NCBI GenBank assembly: GCA_964016885.1
Contig: OZ024752.1
Location: 42,656,001 to 42,720,000, forward strand
Direction: 5' to 3'
Origin: Eledone cirrhosa
Taxonomy: Eukaryota
Length of the DNA stretch: 64,000 nucleotides
Positions within the stretch are counted from its first letter, which is position 1; each line of letters starts with the position of its first letter. Of the stretch, positions 1-13,279 are shown piece by piece. Made by a program: the position numbers and the translations under genes. The notes beneath the pieces were generated by a model. The model had not been told where the DNA came from. It did no database searches and saw only the letters and a program-made list of their open reading frames with translations.

Positions 1-434
1 TGATAAAATAAAATACCAGTAATGCACTGAAGTAATTACTGGCCTTGTGCCAAAAGTAGAAACATAATTTATTATTATCTCCAAGACGGGGTCGATAAAA
101 TAAAGTACCAGTAATGTACTGGAGTAATTGCTGGCCATGTGCCAAAAGTAGAAACATAATTTATTATCATCTCCAAGAATCAGACCGAAAATTTAAAAAG
201 GTTCACGAAAAACTAAGTGCACCATCTGTCTCAGATCTTTCTAGAAATTACCAACATTGAATTGTTTCTCAAATTCTGATGTTTATATGGGTAAATTAAT
301 AGAAGCTAGGGTGTTCATGTACATTATAAAATGGGTTTATGGCGGCATATGAGTTCATTGTTATTGTTTTATTAAAATTAAATTAACCAAAAATGGTCGA
401 TCCGGTATTTAGTTCATCTCTGTGTGTGTAAATA

Positions 435-538
435 CAGAGTGTCCTCCAAAAAATGTATGCACACTTCAACAGCATTCTAATAAATATTGCCTGTACATGT
501 AATCAAAGTGTGTATACATTTTTGGGGGAGGACACTGT
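435..538. mobile_element. Tc1/mariner-type MITE; longer copy at 18623-18848
   Basis: CAG(A/G)GTGTCC terminal inverted repeats, TA flank, shared internal sequence. Confidence 0.6.
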
Positions 539-543
539 GTGTG

Positions 544-585
<42 letters not shown>

Positions 586-964
586 GTCAGTGAAAACATC
601 CACCAAGAATCTATCTTAACTACCCTTAACTAAATTGTGGAGATCAGTAAAGCTTTGTGTTTTTGTTTTGTTTTGCTTTTAGTTCCACATACGACGAACT
701 TGCAGACAATTTCCGTCTATGAAATTCTACTCACATGGCATTAATCAATAAATGTGAGGCTATGGTAGAAAGAGGCACTTGCCTAAGGTATCAAACAGTA
801 GGATCAAATACAGAACCATGTGGTTTGCGAAGCTAGCTTTTTAATCACAAAGCCACGCCTGCAATCATTCTAAATCATAAAATGCACGAATATTTGTCAC
901 ACACACCTTCTCTCACTCTTCTCAATTGAAATAAAAGGCTGCCAAATTATTATTTTTTCTCTTT

Positions 965-1060
965 TCTATACTATATAATACTATATAATACGCAAGAACC
1001 AACCCGGCGAAATTTTCAACCAGGGGCCTCTTTGCAAGCTTAATCTGCCCCTACTTAATA
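965..1060 (+). mobile_element. Possible Helitron 5' terminus
   Basis: TCTATACTATATATAATAC start typical of non-autonomous Helitrons; no matching 3' end found. Confidence 0.3.
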
Positions 1061-1278
1061 AACATCGTACTTTCTAACAGTGACTAGTATGGTACAAGGC
1101 CAGCCATTTTTTTGTGGGAGAGAGAGTTTTAGTCGCTTACATCCGACCCCAGTATTTGACTGGTACTTCGTTTGATCGACCCCCCCATCCATCCATCCCC
1201 GGCTCGTCGGAGAAAGGATAACAGGTAAAATTGTCCCCGTCAATAAAAATTAAAAACAAAACGAGAGATAAGACTTAC

Positions 1279-2360
1279 GTGTGGAGGAGGTAAACACAGA
1301 TGTAGAGATGTTATTACCAAACAGTGTGTCGGTCTCGAATACCAAGTTGAAATGATGTTGATTACTTTATTATTATCATTGGTTGCTAAATAAATAAGTT
1401 ATGTCAGTGTCTGAAGAGGTTCCACCTGGATATTATGATCAGGTCAGAAACACAATATTATTTATGATTAACAACATAACACTCGAATCTCGACCAAATT
1501 GACTAAGGTCAAGGACGAGTTTTTAAACAATTCTGTCGTCGTTATTTCCTTTAGCTTTCGACTTTCGTTTTGAATTTTTTTTTTTTTTTTTCCAATTAAG
1601 AAAATTTAGGGCTGAAAAATATTTAAAAAAAACAGTTCCTGGCTTCTATAGACACAATATCAAAGAATCCACGATAGTGTAAACAAGGCTTGCGGGTTTC
1701 TTGTTGTTGTTGTTCTCTGCGAGGGTCTCGGCTTGAAGCAGGGTTCCACCCACAGCTTGCTTGCTTGTTGGCTAGCTTGTTAGCTTGTTAGCTTGCTTGC
1801 TGGTTAGCTTGCTTGCTTGTTAGCTTGCTTGCTTGTTAGCTTGCTTGCTTGTCAGCCAAATTAGTAGGCGGGGACCAAAATCTTGACGTATGGCTTTTGT
1901 TATGATGAGTAAGGTCGTCTTTGATTTGTTTGGTTTGTTGTCTTTTAGAAATAGTCTCTTTTCAAAGATGAATGGATTATCTTGTTTTGAGGAAGCTTTG
2001 CAATTCCTTTCGACTGTAGTAGCACTAGAATTCGCTGGTATCGTCCCATCAGTGAGAAAGGACGGGAAAGATAGAAAAGCTGTTTGTAAGCACGAAGTAG
2101 CGACATGAAATCCAGAGTTATACACCAAAACACCATAGATTAAAACCTAACCACAAGCTCTTTAAAGTTGCTTGTGTTTTTCCCCCTAGATAAAAAGGTT
2201 AACTTGCTGTTTATCTACGTTAAATAATACTTTTTACTAAATATTGTTATTCTCTGTTTCAGTAAATCTTATTTTGTCTGGTAAGAGATAATTCCGATGA
2301 CAGACATCACATTTCTAAAATCGTTGTATATAATATATAAACATGCGCATGCGCATCACT
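1279..2360 (-). promoter_or_regulatory. Probable promoter and long non-coding first exon of a gene running off the left edge
   Basis: NRF1-type TGCGCATGCGCA at 2344-2355; relatively CpG-rich unique sequence; GTAAGT donor at 1278-1273. Confidence 0.45.
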
Positions 2361-2419
2361 TAAAGCACGTATACATGTACACCCCCCTTCCTCCTTGTTT
2401 ATGTTTTGCCTAGCTCTCT

Positions 2420-2900
2420 CTCTCTATCTCCCTCTATCTATCTATTTGTCTTTCTATTCTCTATCTATCTATTTGTCTTTCTATTCTCTATCTCCCTCTA
2501 TCTATCTATTTGTCTTTCTATTCTCTATCTCCCTCTATCTATCTATTTGTCTTTCTATTCTCTATCTCCCTCTATCTATCTATTTGTCTTTCTATTCTCT
2601 ATCTCCCTCTATCTATCTATTTGTCTTTCTATTCTCTATCTCCCTCTATCTATCTATTTGTCTTTCTATTCTCTATCTCCCTCTATCTATCTATTTGTCT
2701 TTCTATTCTCTATCTCCCTCTATCTATCTATTTGTCTTTCTATTCTCTATCTCCCTCTATCTATCTATTTGTCTTTCTATTCTCTATCTCCCTCTATCTA
2801 TCTATTTGTCTTTCTATTCTCTATCTCCCTCTATCTATCTATTTGTCTTTCTATTCTCTATCTCCCTCTATCTATCTATTTGTCTTTCTATTCTCTATCT
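2420..2900. repeat. 37-bp CT/CTAT-rich minisatellite, about 12 copies, followed by (CT)n low complexity to about 3310
   Basis: Unit ctatctccctctatctatctatttgtctttctattct. Confidence 0.95.
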
Positions 2901-2912
2901 TCCTCTCCTCTC

Positions 2913-2946
<34 letters not shown>

Positions 2947-3098
2947 CTTTTTCTAGCACCCTCACACTCTCTATTTTAATCTCTCCCTTTCCTCGTCTCC
3001 CCCTCTCTCTCTTACTCACTCTCTGCTTACTTTTTAATATTTCTCTCTTACCCTCATACTCTGTCTCTTTCTGTTGTTTTCTTCATACTCTCTCTCTC

Positions 3099-3132
<34 letters not shown>

Positions 3133-3929
3133 GCTTTCTTTCTATTCCCTCTGTGTCTCTCTCTCACTCTCGCTTTCTTTTTGTTCCCTCTCTGTCTCTC
3201 TCTCTGTCTCTCTCTCTCTCCCTCTCTCGCTTTCTTTCTGTTCCCTATCTATTCTATCTCTCTCTCGCTTTCTTTCTATTCTCTCTCTCTCACTCTCTCT
3301 TCTATCCCTTTACTATTAATCTTCGTATTTTTCTCTTTCCATCTATACTGTCATTAAATATATCACCATACATGATACATAGCTGCTATACTTAACACTA
3401 GCAAGCTCTTCATAAATTATATGACCTGGATATTTATCTATTTATTTGTTTATTTATCTATTTATTTATTAGTGATAATTATTTTATTCCAATTATAGCT
3501 TATGTAATGTTTCTGATATGCAAATATAAAAAAAAATCAATTATTAAAAAGAAACGGAAAGAAGAGAGAAAAAAATTGAGAGAAGACATGCACCCTCAAC
3601 TATATAATAATAGACAATATTGGTGCTTCCTTCTACAAATATTTGAAGCAAGTCAAACATTTGGGCACACAGTAGGTAGGCGCAGGGTCTATGAGAGAGA
3701 AGGGGACGTCCGGCCGGTACTTTGTTCCGGGGAACCAAGAGCTAAGAAGGTCCCACAGCAACCATGCAACATCCATTTTGAGAGAAATCTTTGCCTGCTT
3801 CATTTCAGGCTGCCCAAATGAGTCTTGTACCGCCTTGCAAATGTTTGAAGCAAGTCAAGACACACAGCATTACTACGTATGCCGTCATCTTCTTCTTCTT
3901 CTTCTTCTTCTTCTTGATATAATGATATA

Positions 3930-4840
3930 ATGAAATTATTGTGTACAGTGCTCAGGTGCACTACAACTCGTCAAAGGTGCATGTATAGTACACAGAATAA
4001 TACACACATGTCAGGGAAGTGAATAGTGTATGAGTCATGATATACATGTTTGTATGTGTATGGAGGGGGATCATTAGGTGTAGTGTTGGCGAATCTCGGG
4101 AAGCATGGAGGCCTTAAAGGATGCAGTGTCTCGACAGCTAACAACCGATGCAGGTAGTTTGTTCCATGGAGGCCTTAAAGGATGCAGTGTCTCGACAGCT
4201 AACAACCGATGCAGGTAGTTTGTTCCATGGAGGCCTTAAAGGATGCAGTGTCTCGACAGCTAACAACCGATGCAGGTAGTTTGTTCCATGGAGGCCTTAA
4301 AGGATGCAGTGTCTCGACAGCTAACAACCGATGCAGGTAGTTTGTTCCATGGAGGCCTTAAAGGATGCAGTGTCTCGACAGCTAACAACCGATGCAGGTA
4401 GTTTGTTCCATGGAGGCCTTAAAGGATGCAGTGTCTCGACAGCTAACAACCGATGCAGGTAGTTTGTTCCATGGAGGCCTTAAAGGATGCAGTGTCTCGA
4501 CAGCTAACAACCGATGCAGGTAGTTTGTTCCATGCTTCAGCAACTCTGAGCGTGAAAAAATGTTTCCGAAAGTCATGAGAACTGTACTGTTTTCTGACTT
4601 TGTGGGCATGCCCACGTGTGTTAGACACATGGAATTCAAAAAGGTGCTCAGGGTTGTTGTTGGCAAGATGGTTAACAATTTTGTGGGTGTTTACCAAGTC
4701 AGCTTTCACGCGTCGGAGCTTCAATGTGTCCATGCCCAGGGAAGCAAGGCGCTCAGAGTATGGTAGATGCCTGATGTAGGGTATTCGCTTGGTTGCACGT
4801 CTCTGAACTTCTTCTTCTTGGACTGCCAATCCAAGCACTT
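3930..4840 (-). mobile_element. CR1-clade LINE 3' fragment containing a 61-bp x7 internal tandem (4104-4534)
   Basis: TLKLRR..ADL..THKI...TRGH...RKHFFTLRVAEAWNKLP is the CR1/L2 ORF2 C-terminus; matching 3' end also at 26044-26292 (+). Confidence 0.85.
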
Positions 4841-5029
4841 TTAAATAATTGTTTCTACTTTTGGCACAAGGCCAACAATAACCTCCAGTACATTACTGGT
4901 ACTTTATTTTATCGACCGCGTAAGGATGAAAGGCAAAGTTATAGATTCGATATTATGTGAGATAAGTATGTAAATGCTAAAGGGTTAATATGTTTAAAGA
5001 TGACCCACACCAGATACCACGTCAACTCC

Positions 5030-6195
5030 CTGAAGTGCTTGGGTCATGAGAAAACCATCCTCAATCACTTGCATGCAATAAGGAAATTATCCAAGCTGGA
5101 CCAATGGGTACCCCACAATCGGGTGGCAGCTGCGGCTTCTCTGTTCTCCTACCATGGCACAACCAACTGGTTACATTCTATTGAAATCATATCCGCTCTC
5201 TTGCTCTGGAACCCTGACTGACTCCAGCCTGACTAGGAGTAGGAAGCTGTCATTCCCTGATGTTATCTCTAGGGATACGGGAATCAGTAGACAGGACCTG
5301 GGGGCAGCGATGGGGGACAGGGAATTCTGGGGCACGAGAGTGAGATCCATCATCTCGACAGTAGTCGACGAGTGGTGATGATGATGACATTCTATTGTCA
5401 TCCGACTGACCGCAATCGTGAATGTTGGGCGGCGGCTGCGGTTTTTCTGATCTCCTACCATGGCACAACCAACTGGTTACGTTCCATTATCTCTAGCAAA
5501 GAGTTACGGCCCTTGCCATTCTGAGTTCAAATCCCGCCGAGGTTAACTTTGCCTTTCATCCTTACGGGGTCGATAAAATAAAGTACCAGTAATGTACTGG
5601 GTAATTGCTGGCCTTGTGCCTAAAATAGAAACAATTATCTCTAATAATGAAAATGGTGTCTCTACATTAATGTCAAGTACTTGGCGATTGTGGGTTGATA
5701 AATAAGTGTGTGCCATAACAGCAAGCAAAGGCTGGTCTCCACCCTCGCAAGACCCTACTGAGCATTAGGTGGGACTGGAAAGGTGTCAGCATTAAGAGAT
5801 ACTTCCACCAAACACCAGCATAACTTCTTATATTTATTGCCACCAACTTGACAGATTAGTGGCAAAAATCGCACAGGTGCACCCACACTGAGGTCCTGTT
5901 TGATTCCTTCATGTTAATACTCAGCTGCATACACCAAGGAAGACTCGCGAGGAGTTGCTGTAGCTAGTTTGAGAGGTTCTCTTTCCTCACCTGATACATT
6001 CCCCTGACTTCGCACCTACAGACCATCACCTTTTTCGCTTAACAAGCAATGCAATGTAGTCAAAGGCGTTTGCCAATGAAGACCAGTTAAATCAGTGGCT
6101 GACAGAATTCTTTGTATCGAAGCCTGAAGAATTCTATAGAGATGGAATCATATGTCTTCCTAAACGATTTCAGATGGTAATCACAAATGATTAGT
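5030..6195 (+). pseudogene. Decayed mariner transposase interrupted by RTE and SINE insertions
   Basis: KLDQWVPH (about 5090-5117), HSPDFAPTDHHLF (about 5997-6035, cf. YSPDLAPSDYHLF) and FFVSKPEEFYRDGIICLPKRF. Confidence 0.85.
5185..5388 (+). mobile_element. RTE-like LINE 3' end
   Basis: LLLWNP...SFPDVISRDTG...AMGDREFW followed by a (GAT)n tail. Confidence 0.55.
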
Positions 6196-6293
6196 CAGAA
6201 TGTGACAACTCATCTAACCTATGCAAGCATGGAAAACAGACGTTGTCAACAGCGACGATGACAATGATGATGATGATGATATCTACTTCATAT

Positions 6294-6339
<46 letters not shown>

Positions 6340-6599
6340 CTCAACAGAAACGTAATAGATTAGATTTTTGTATCAAAATATTGTATCTACTTTTGGTACA
6401 AGGCCAGCAATTATCTCCAGTGCATTACTGGTGCTCTATTTATATCGTAACTGGCAAAATATTTTAAATATTTTGTATCAAAATATTAAAAATATCACAC
6501 CAGTTACGATATATTTTGTATCAAAATATTAAAAATATCACGCCAGTTACGATATATATATGTAATCTTTGTTTCGTGTTCTGTCATGTTATCTCTTGT

Positions 6600-7095
6600 T
6601 ATCTTCTTGGCGGTTTTCCTCTGTACAGTGGCTATGGTGAAAGAGGTTATGTGGTGGACAAGATTGAGAGGACTGAGGACAGATGCCTTTCTCTCCGGAC
6701 AACAATTGATCCCCTTCTTTAAGTATCACTTTAGAAGGAGAATCAGAGTGGAGAGAGAGAGGCACTGCACCCCAGTAAATTTACTGAAAGGTGGGTGAAT
6801 GAAACGAAAATGACCCGAGTGATTGGGCCTTCTCTGTTTATAAGCCTGAAGGTTAAAGAATAGAGCAAAAGGAAGAAGGGAGCACTTGCACAACACGCTC
6901 CTGGAGTTGAGGGTTGTTCTATCGACGGGGTATTAAACAACAAATTTTGGGGCGTTTCCCCCCTATTGGGGATTTCGATTGTTGTAATTGTTTGTTTTTA
7001 TATTTTTTACATGACTGTATGTAAAATCCCCGGCATGTCTTTGTATTGTCCCCTTTCTTGTGTGCCCTTGTGGCAAATAAAGAAATCTATCTATA
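6600..7095 (+). mobile_element. Tx1/L1-clade LINE 3' end; related 3' UTR at 22445-22690 (-)
   Basis: AVFLCTVAMVKEVMWWTR...FFKYHFRRRIRVER, then a 3' UTR ending tgtggcAAATAAAGAAA. Confidence 0.65.
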
Positions 7096-7754
7096 GCTTT
7101 TATCCTCTTATTTTTCTTATTTTCCTTTCTTTGATTTTCACTAATATTTTGTATTATCTCGGGAAGGGAGGGGGTGTTTTCTTTTGTTTTCTTAGTACTT
7201 CCATCTTCATTTTCATTCATGTGAAATGAGAATATAATTTTTAGTATAAAAGACAGAATCCTTGAGTTAATTTCTTTACCTAATACAACACAATTGTAAT
7301 TGAAAGTGTTGTCACCCCAATGCAGATGACTATAATAATTGTTTCTACTTTTGGCACAAGGCCAGCAATTAACCCATGCAAACGTGGAACATGGACGTTA
7401 AACGATGATGATGATGATGATGATATATATATGTATGTAAAAGGTAAACAGAAATAACAACACAATATATATATATATGAAGAAAGCTCTCTTATGAAAG
7501 CAGATCTACGTCTTACTTTCTATCTGCATGCAGTTTACTATCTCAGAGAACAGACATTAGAAATTAGTGAGAAACAAAGGATCTATTGTCCTAATAAGTT
7601 ACTGTTAACTTAGGAGTTAGTTAACAGCAAGACCTGTAAATGGCTTTGGTCTAGGAACTGCACTGAGTTGTTGCTGTTGTTCTTGTTGTTGCTGTTGTAT
7701 GACATTATTACTATTATTGACTGTGTATATATAACCAGCTAATATTACATGAGA

Positions 7755-8355
7755 GGGTGATGGTAGAGAGAGAAAGAGAAAAGGAAAAGAGGGGGGTATT
7801 AGGAAGAAGGATGATGGTAGAGAGAGAGAGTAAAGGAAAAGAGGGGGGAATTAGGAAGAAGGTGATGGTAGAGAGAGAGAGAGTAAAGGAAAAGAGGGGG
7901 GAATTAGGAAGAAGGTGATGGTAGAGAGAGAGAGAGAGAGTAAAGGAAAAGAGGCGGGAATTAGGAAGAAGGTGATGGTAGAGAGAGAGAGTAAAGGAAA
8001 AGAGGGGGGAATTAGGAAGAAGGTGATGGTAGAGAGAGAGAGTAAAGGAAAAGAGGGGGGAATTAGGAAGATGGTGATGGTAGAGAGAGAGAGAGAAAAG
8101 GAAAAGAGGGGGGGATTAGGAAGAAGGGTGATGGTAGAGAGAGAGAGAGAGTAAAGGAAAAGAGGGGGGAATTAGGAAGAAGGGTGATGGTAGAGAGAGA
8201 GAGAGTAAAGGAAAAGAGGGGGGAATTAGGAAGAAGGGTGATGGTAGAGAGAGAGAGAGAGAGAGAAGGAAAAGAGGGGGGAATTAGGAAGAAGGGTGAT
8301 AGTAGAGAGAGAGAGAGAGAAGGAAAAGAGGGGGGAATTAGGAAGAAGGGTGATA
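7755..8355. repeat. Purine-rich minisatellite (about 55-60 bp) with variable (AG)n
   Basis: Unit ggtgatggta(ga)n gtaaaggaaaagaggggggaattaggaagaa. Confidence 0.9.
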
Positions 8356-8570
8356 GGGAGTGAAGGGAGAGATGGAGTAAGTGGGGAGGAGAGAGAGAGA
8401 GTGTGTGAAAAAGAGGATGAAATAGAGAGGTGGTGGAGAAAGGGTTCTTGAGGGATGTGTATGGAGAGAGAGAGAGAGAGAGAGAGCTTGGGAAGAGAAT
8501 GCTATAAAGATAGTGCAAGATGGTGGAAACAGAGTGAGTGAGAGGGGGAGGGAGAGAGAGTGAGTGAGAG

Positions 8571-8626
<56 letters not shown>

Positions 8627-8628
8627 AG

Positions 8629-8674
<46 letters not shown>

Positions 8675-8789
8675 CGTGTGTGTGTGTGTGATTCGGAGAG
8701 CTATATTGTATGTATGTTTGTGAGTAGCTCAGAAAGATAATAGCAAACTTTATACAAATAAACAATATGTCTGCTCATATCCTTGTTGC

Positions 8790-9330
8790 AGCAGATAGCA
8801 ACATACATGTGTGTGTATATAACAGATAACATATATACATGTGTGTATATACATACATATATATATAAGTGTGTGTGTGTTTGTGTGCATATATAACAGA
8901 TAGCATATATACATGTGTGTATATACATACATACATATATATATGTGTGTGTGTGTTTGTGTGCATATATAACAGATAACATATATACATGTGTGCATAT
9001 ACATACATATATATATATATGTGTGTGAGTTTGTGTGCATATATAACAGATAGCACCATATATCTGTGTATATAACAGATAACATATATACATGTGTGTA
9101 TATACATACATATATATATATGTGTGTGTGAGTTTGTGTGCATATATAACAGATAGCACCATATATCTGTGTATATAACAGATAACATATATACATGTGT
9201 GTATATACATACATATATATATATGTGTGTGTGTTTGTGTGCATATATAACAGATAGCACCATATATGTGTATATAACAGATAACATATATATATGTGTG
9301 CAAGTAGCAGATAGTAACACATATATGTGT
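8790..9330. repeat. TA/TG-rich compound minisatellite
   Basis: Recurring atataacagata(a/g)ca units. Confidence 0.9.
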
Positions 9331-9372
9331 ATATGTCAATGCATAAAATGTATGTTTGTATATAGCAGACAT

Positions 9373-9715
9373 TCATTTCATTTTTCATTTCATTTTACGT
9401 CCACTTTTCCCTGCTTGCAAGGGTGGGACGGGAACTGATTCTGGCTTGATTTCTACAGCTGGATGCCCTTCCTAACACTAACCTCATTTACAGTGAGTGC
9501 TGGGTGCTTTTTTGCCATGGCACCTCCACGACCACTTTGCAGTGGAATGATAGGGACCCCAGTCCCTATCATCTCATTTCTACAGCTGAGTAAACTGGAG
9601 CAATGTGAAATAAAGTGTCTTGCTCAAGGAAACAACACATCACCCGGTCTGAGAATTGAACTCACAACCTTTCGATTGCAAGGCCAATGCTCTAACCACT
9701 AAGCCATGTGCCTCC
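9373..9715 (-). mobile_element. Young tRNA-derived CORE-type SINE with RTE-like tail (family A)
   Basis: A/B-box tRNA-like head, CORE-like ccttgagcaagacact, (GAT)n tail; near-identical copies at 18258-18594, 36047-36397, 36968-37305, 43348-43694, 44812-45147 (all -) and 41796-42146 (+). Confidence 0.9.
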
Positions 9716-9867
9716 ACAGTATTATATATATAGTTCAAATCCCGCCGAGGTTGACTTTGCCTTTCATCCTTACGGGGTCGATAAAATAAAGTACCAGTAA
9801 TGAACTGGGTAATTGCTGGCCTTGTGCCTAAAGTAGAAACAAGTATTATATATATATATATATATAG

Positions 9868-10060
9868 GGCGGTGGATTGGCAGTATCGGTAGAGTGTCGG
9901 ACGCCATGCTTTGCAGCAAAGAGTTACGGCCCTTTGTGGTCTGAGTTCAAATCCCGCCGAGGTTAACTTTGCCTTTCATCCTTACGGGGTCGATAAAATA
10001 AAGTACCAGTAATACACTGCGATAGTTGCTGGCCTTGTGCCTAACGTAGAAACAAGTATT
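9868..10060 (+). mobile_element. tRNA-derived SINE family B (about 190 bp), the most abundant repeat in the window
   Basis: B-box gagttcaaatcc plus gcctttcatccttacggggtcgataaaataaagtaccag; copies or fragments near 1, 4848, 5500, 9733, 15062, 15598, 20060-20640, 23711, 24689, 31065, 35615, 43735, 52575, 53718, 61755. Confidence 0.9.
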
Positions 10061-10307
10061 ATATATATCATATATATCATCTTCATCATCATCATCATCA
10101 TTTTACGTCCGCTTTTCCCTGCTTGCAAGGGTGGGACAGGTCCTATTCAGCACACCATCTTTCCACTTGTCATCTCCTCTGCGATCTGAGGTCCGCTCTC
10201 ACCACCTCCGCCCATGTTTTTCGTGGTCTTTCTCTACTGCGTCTTCCTTCTACTGGGATTTCTTGGCACTTCTTTACCCAGCGGTCATCCTCCATGCTGT
10301 GACATTG

Positions 10308-11220
10308 TTGGTGATGGGAAGGGCAACTAGCCATGGAGGACTTGACAGCCTCTCTAGTGTTTAGTGAGGTGCACGATAAACGCAGCCAGTACATTGTGTA
10401 AAGTGGTTGGTGATGGGAAGGGCAACTAGCCATGGAGGACTTGACAGCCTCTCTAGTGTTTAGTGAGGTGCACGATAAACGCAGCCAGTACATTGTGTAA
10501 AGTGGTTGGTGATAGGAAGGGCAACTAGCCATGGAGGACTTGACAGCCTCTCTAGTGTTTAGTGAGGTGCACGATAAACGCAGCCAGTACATTGTGTAAA
10601 GTGGTTGGTGATAGGAAGGGCAACTAGCCATGGAGGACTTGACAGCCTCTCTAGTGTTTAGTGAGGTGCACGATAAACGCAGCCAGTACATTGTGTAAAG
10701 TGGTTGGTGATGGGAAGGGCAACTAGCCATGGAGGACTTGACAGCCTCTCTAGTGTTTAGTGAGGTGCACGATAAACGCAGCCAGTACATTGTGTAAAGT
10801 GGTTGGTGATAGGAAGGGCAACTAGCCATGGAGGACTTGACAGCCTCTCTAGTGTTTAGTGAGGTACACGATAAACGCAGCCAGTACATTGTGTAAAGTG
10901 GTTGGTGATGGGAAGGGCAACTAGCCATGGAGGACTTGACAGCCTCTCTAGTGTTTAGTGAGGTGCACGATAAACGCAGCCAGTACATTGTGTAAAGTGG
11001 TTGGTGATGGGAAGGGCAACTAGCCATGGAGGACTTGACAGCCTCTCTAGTGTTTAGTGAGGTGCACGATAAACGCAGCCAGTACATTGTGTAAAGTGGT
11101 TGGTGATGGGAAGGGCAACTAGCCATGGAGGACTTGACAGCCTCTCTAGTGTTTAGTGAGGTGCACGATAAACGCAGCCAGTACATTGTGTAAAGTGGTT
11201 GGTGATAGGAAGGGCATCCA
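10308..11220. repeat. 99-bp minisatellite, about 9 copies, SINE-derived
   Basis: 33-aa periodic ORF; unit includes ggaagggca..agc and tgtaaagtggttggtg. Confidence 0.95.
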
Positions 11221-11433
11221 GCTGCAGAAATATTGCCAAACAAACGATTTAGAGAACCCTTGGTTGTATCAAAGACAGGCCAACATTTCCTGTGCACTCT
11301 GTAGAATGTGAGAGTGTACATAAGCAAGACACGAGTCCCTGGCCTGTCCGGGAGATCAGTAGCTCTGCTTCAGTACTGACATGGTCTTTGTAGACCCATC
11401 CAACCCCTGCTAGTAGGAAAATGACATATATGC

Positions 11434-11483
<50 letters not shown>

Positions 11484-11601
11484 TGGAAAGTGTATAGTTA
11501 ATAAACACACTGCTATATATATATATATATATATATAAATATATATATATATAGTTATAGTTATAGGAATAACCAAAGAGTGCTTAGAGATACATTGTTT
11601 T

Positions 11602-11654
11602 ATTAGCTCACAGTGTTTCATCCATACAGCATGGCAGGTATCTTCAGAGCCTAT
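11602..11654 (-). ncRNA. Hammerhead-like motif, probably inactive
   Basis: ggct-CTGAAGA...ccat/atgg...GAAAC-act-GTG-agct-AATAAA; GUG breaks the NUH cleavage rule. Confidence 0.55.
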
Positions 11655-11731
11655 AAACATGAAATATATATATATATACATATATATACACATACATATA
11701 TATATATTTATATATATATATATATACACAC

Positions 11732-11786
<55 letters not shown>

Positions 11787-11789
11787 GTA

Positions 11790-11960
11790 AAGGCGCATGG
11801 CTTAAGCTGAAAATGGATACCAGCAATAGCTGGAGGTTTAACCCTGCGATGGACTGGCGTCCTGTCCAGGGGGGAGTCTTGTATTCTCAGTCACTTCATG
11901 CCATGAAACCGGGATAAGCACCGCCCAAATGAGCTTTCTGGCTTAAGACCGACTTTTTTT
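11790..11960 (+). mobile_element. SINE fragment with a Meta/V-like domain
   Basis: ccctgcgatggactggcgtcctgtccagggggg...cttcatgccatgaaaccgggataag. Confidence 0.55.
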
Positions 11961-12307
11961 TTTTATATACTGTATATATATACCAGGGAGTATATAGTTA
12001 GAAAACGCACTGCCATATATATACTGGAGAGTGTAAAGTTAGTAAACATACAACTTCACTATATATATGCCAGAGAGTGTATATTTAGTAAACAAACTAC
12101 TTCAAAGTTGTTGAAAATGTTTCCATTGAGATAAATACTACATTAATCATGATTGACAGTAACTGTTATACAATATACTTAGTTGGATGTTATTGTAATG
12201 GACATATTTACCTAGAGAGGTCACTGGTGTATTTTACTTACATACACACTTGCACACAATATATATATATATATATATATATAACCAAATGAAAAAGATA
12301 TATGTAT

Positions 12308-12367
<60 letters not shown>

Positions 12368-12592
12368 CAGACATACATATGAAAAACTGAAAACAAAAAT
12401 GGAGAACAATTTTCAAAGAATGTGATTAGGTTAACACTTGTGTATGCATACACACACACACATACATACACATGCATATATATATATATATGCACTCTTT
12501 GTTATTGTTCTTGTTTTTTACTTATATATATACATATATATACACACACATATATTATATACATATATTATATATATGTATATATATAGTAA

Positions 12593-13279
12593 TATACGTG
12601 AACGGCAAAGCATAAACGAACTAAGGGAGAAATTAGGATAAGAGGGATCAGATGTTGTTTACTCGAGAGAAGGCTACGTTGGTATGGTCACGTGATGCGC
12701 ATGAAAGACGACAGCTGTATAAAAAAGTGCAGGGCAATAAAAATAGACGGCAACCACGGAGTAGGCAGACCCAGAAAAACCTGGGACGACTTGATAAATT
12801 CCGACCTCACACACTTACACCTCTCCAAGTCAATGTCACTGGACCGAGATCTTTGGCGCTACACAGTAATACAGAAGACCCGCCTTACCTAAGTACAATG
12901 TGAAACCTACTACAGTCAGTAGGCACCTCTAACAAAATACACCCCCGTCCCACTACCCCCACCCCATCCACACCACCCCCTTCAATGTGAAGTTATGTTG
13001 GTACCACAACATCCAGCCCGAAACAAATGAGGTCGTGTAGGTGTCACGACAAAAAAACACACAGTCCACGCTGTAATGTGGCCGTGTAGGTCACACGGTA
13101 AAAACCTCCCAGCCCCACACTGTAAACGTGGTTGGTGTTAGGAAAGGCATCCAGCCGTAGAAAACCCGCCAGACAGTCCTATACGAGCAAGACAACCACT
13201 CTTGCCTCAAGTGGGAAAACTCCCGTCCAAACCCATGCAAGCATGGAATATGGACGTTAAACGATGATGATGATGATGA

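Noticed and set aside
1405-1480. CTGAAGA...hairpin...GAAAC hammerhead-like motif
   Set aside because: No convincing stem III, cleavage triplet or stem I
2395-3395. Hydrophobic 194-329 aa ORFs resembling membrane proteins
   Set aside because: 37-bp minisatellite and (CT)n translations
9463-9702. Recurring 66-79 aa ORF (…[14 protein letters not shown]…) at several loci
   Set aside because: Antisense reading of SINE family A
10170-11327. 385-aa ORF with 33-aa repeats
   Set aside because: 99-bp minisatellite fused to an RTE remnant
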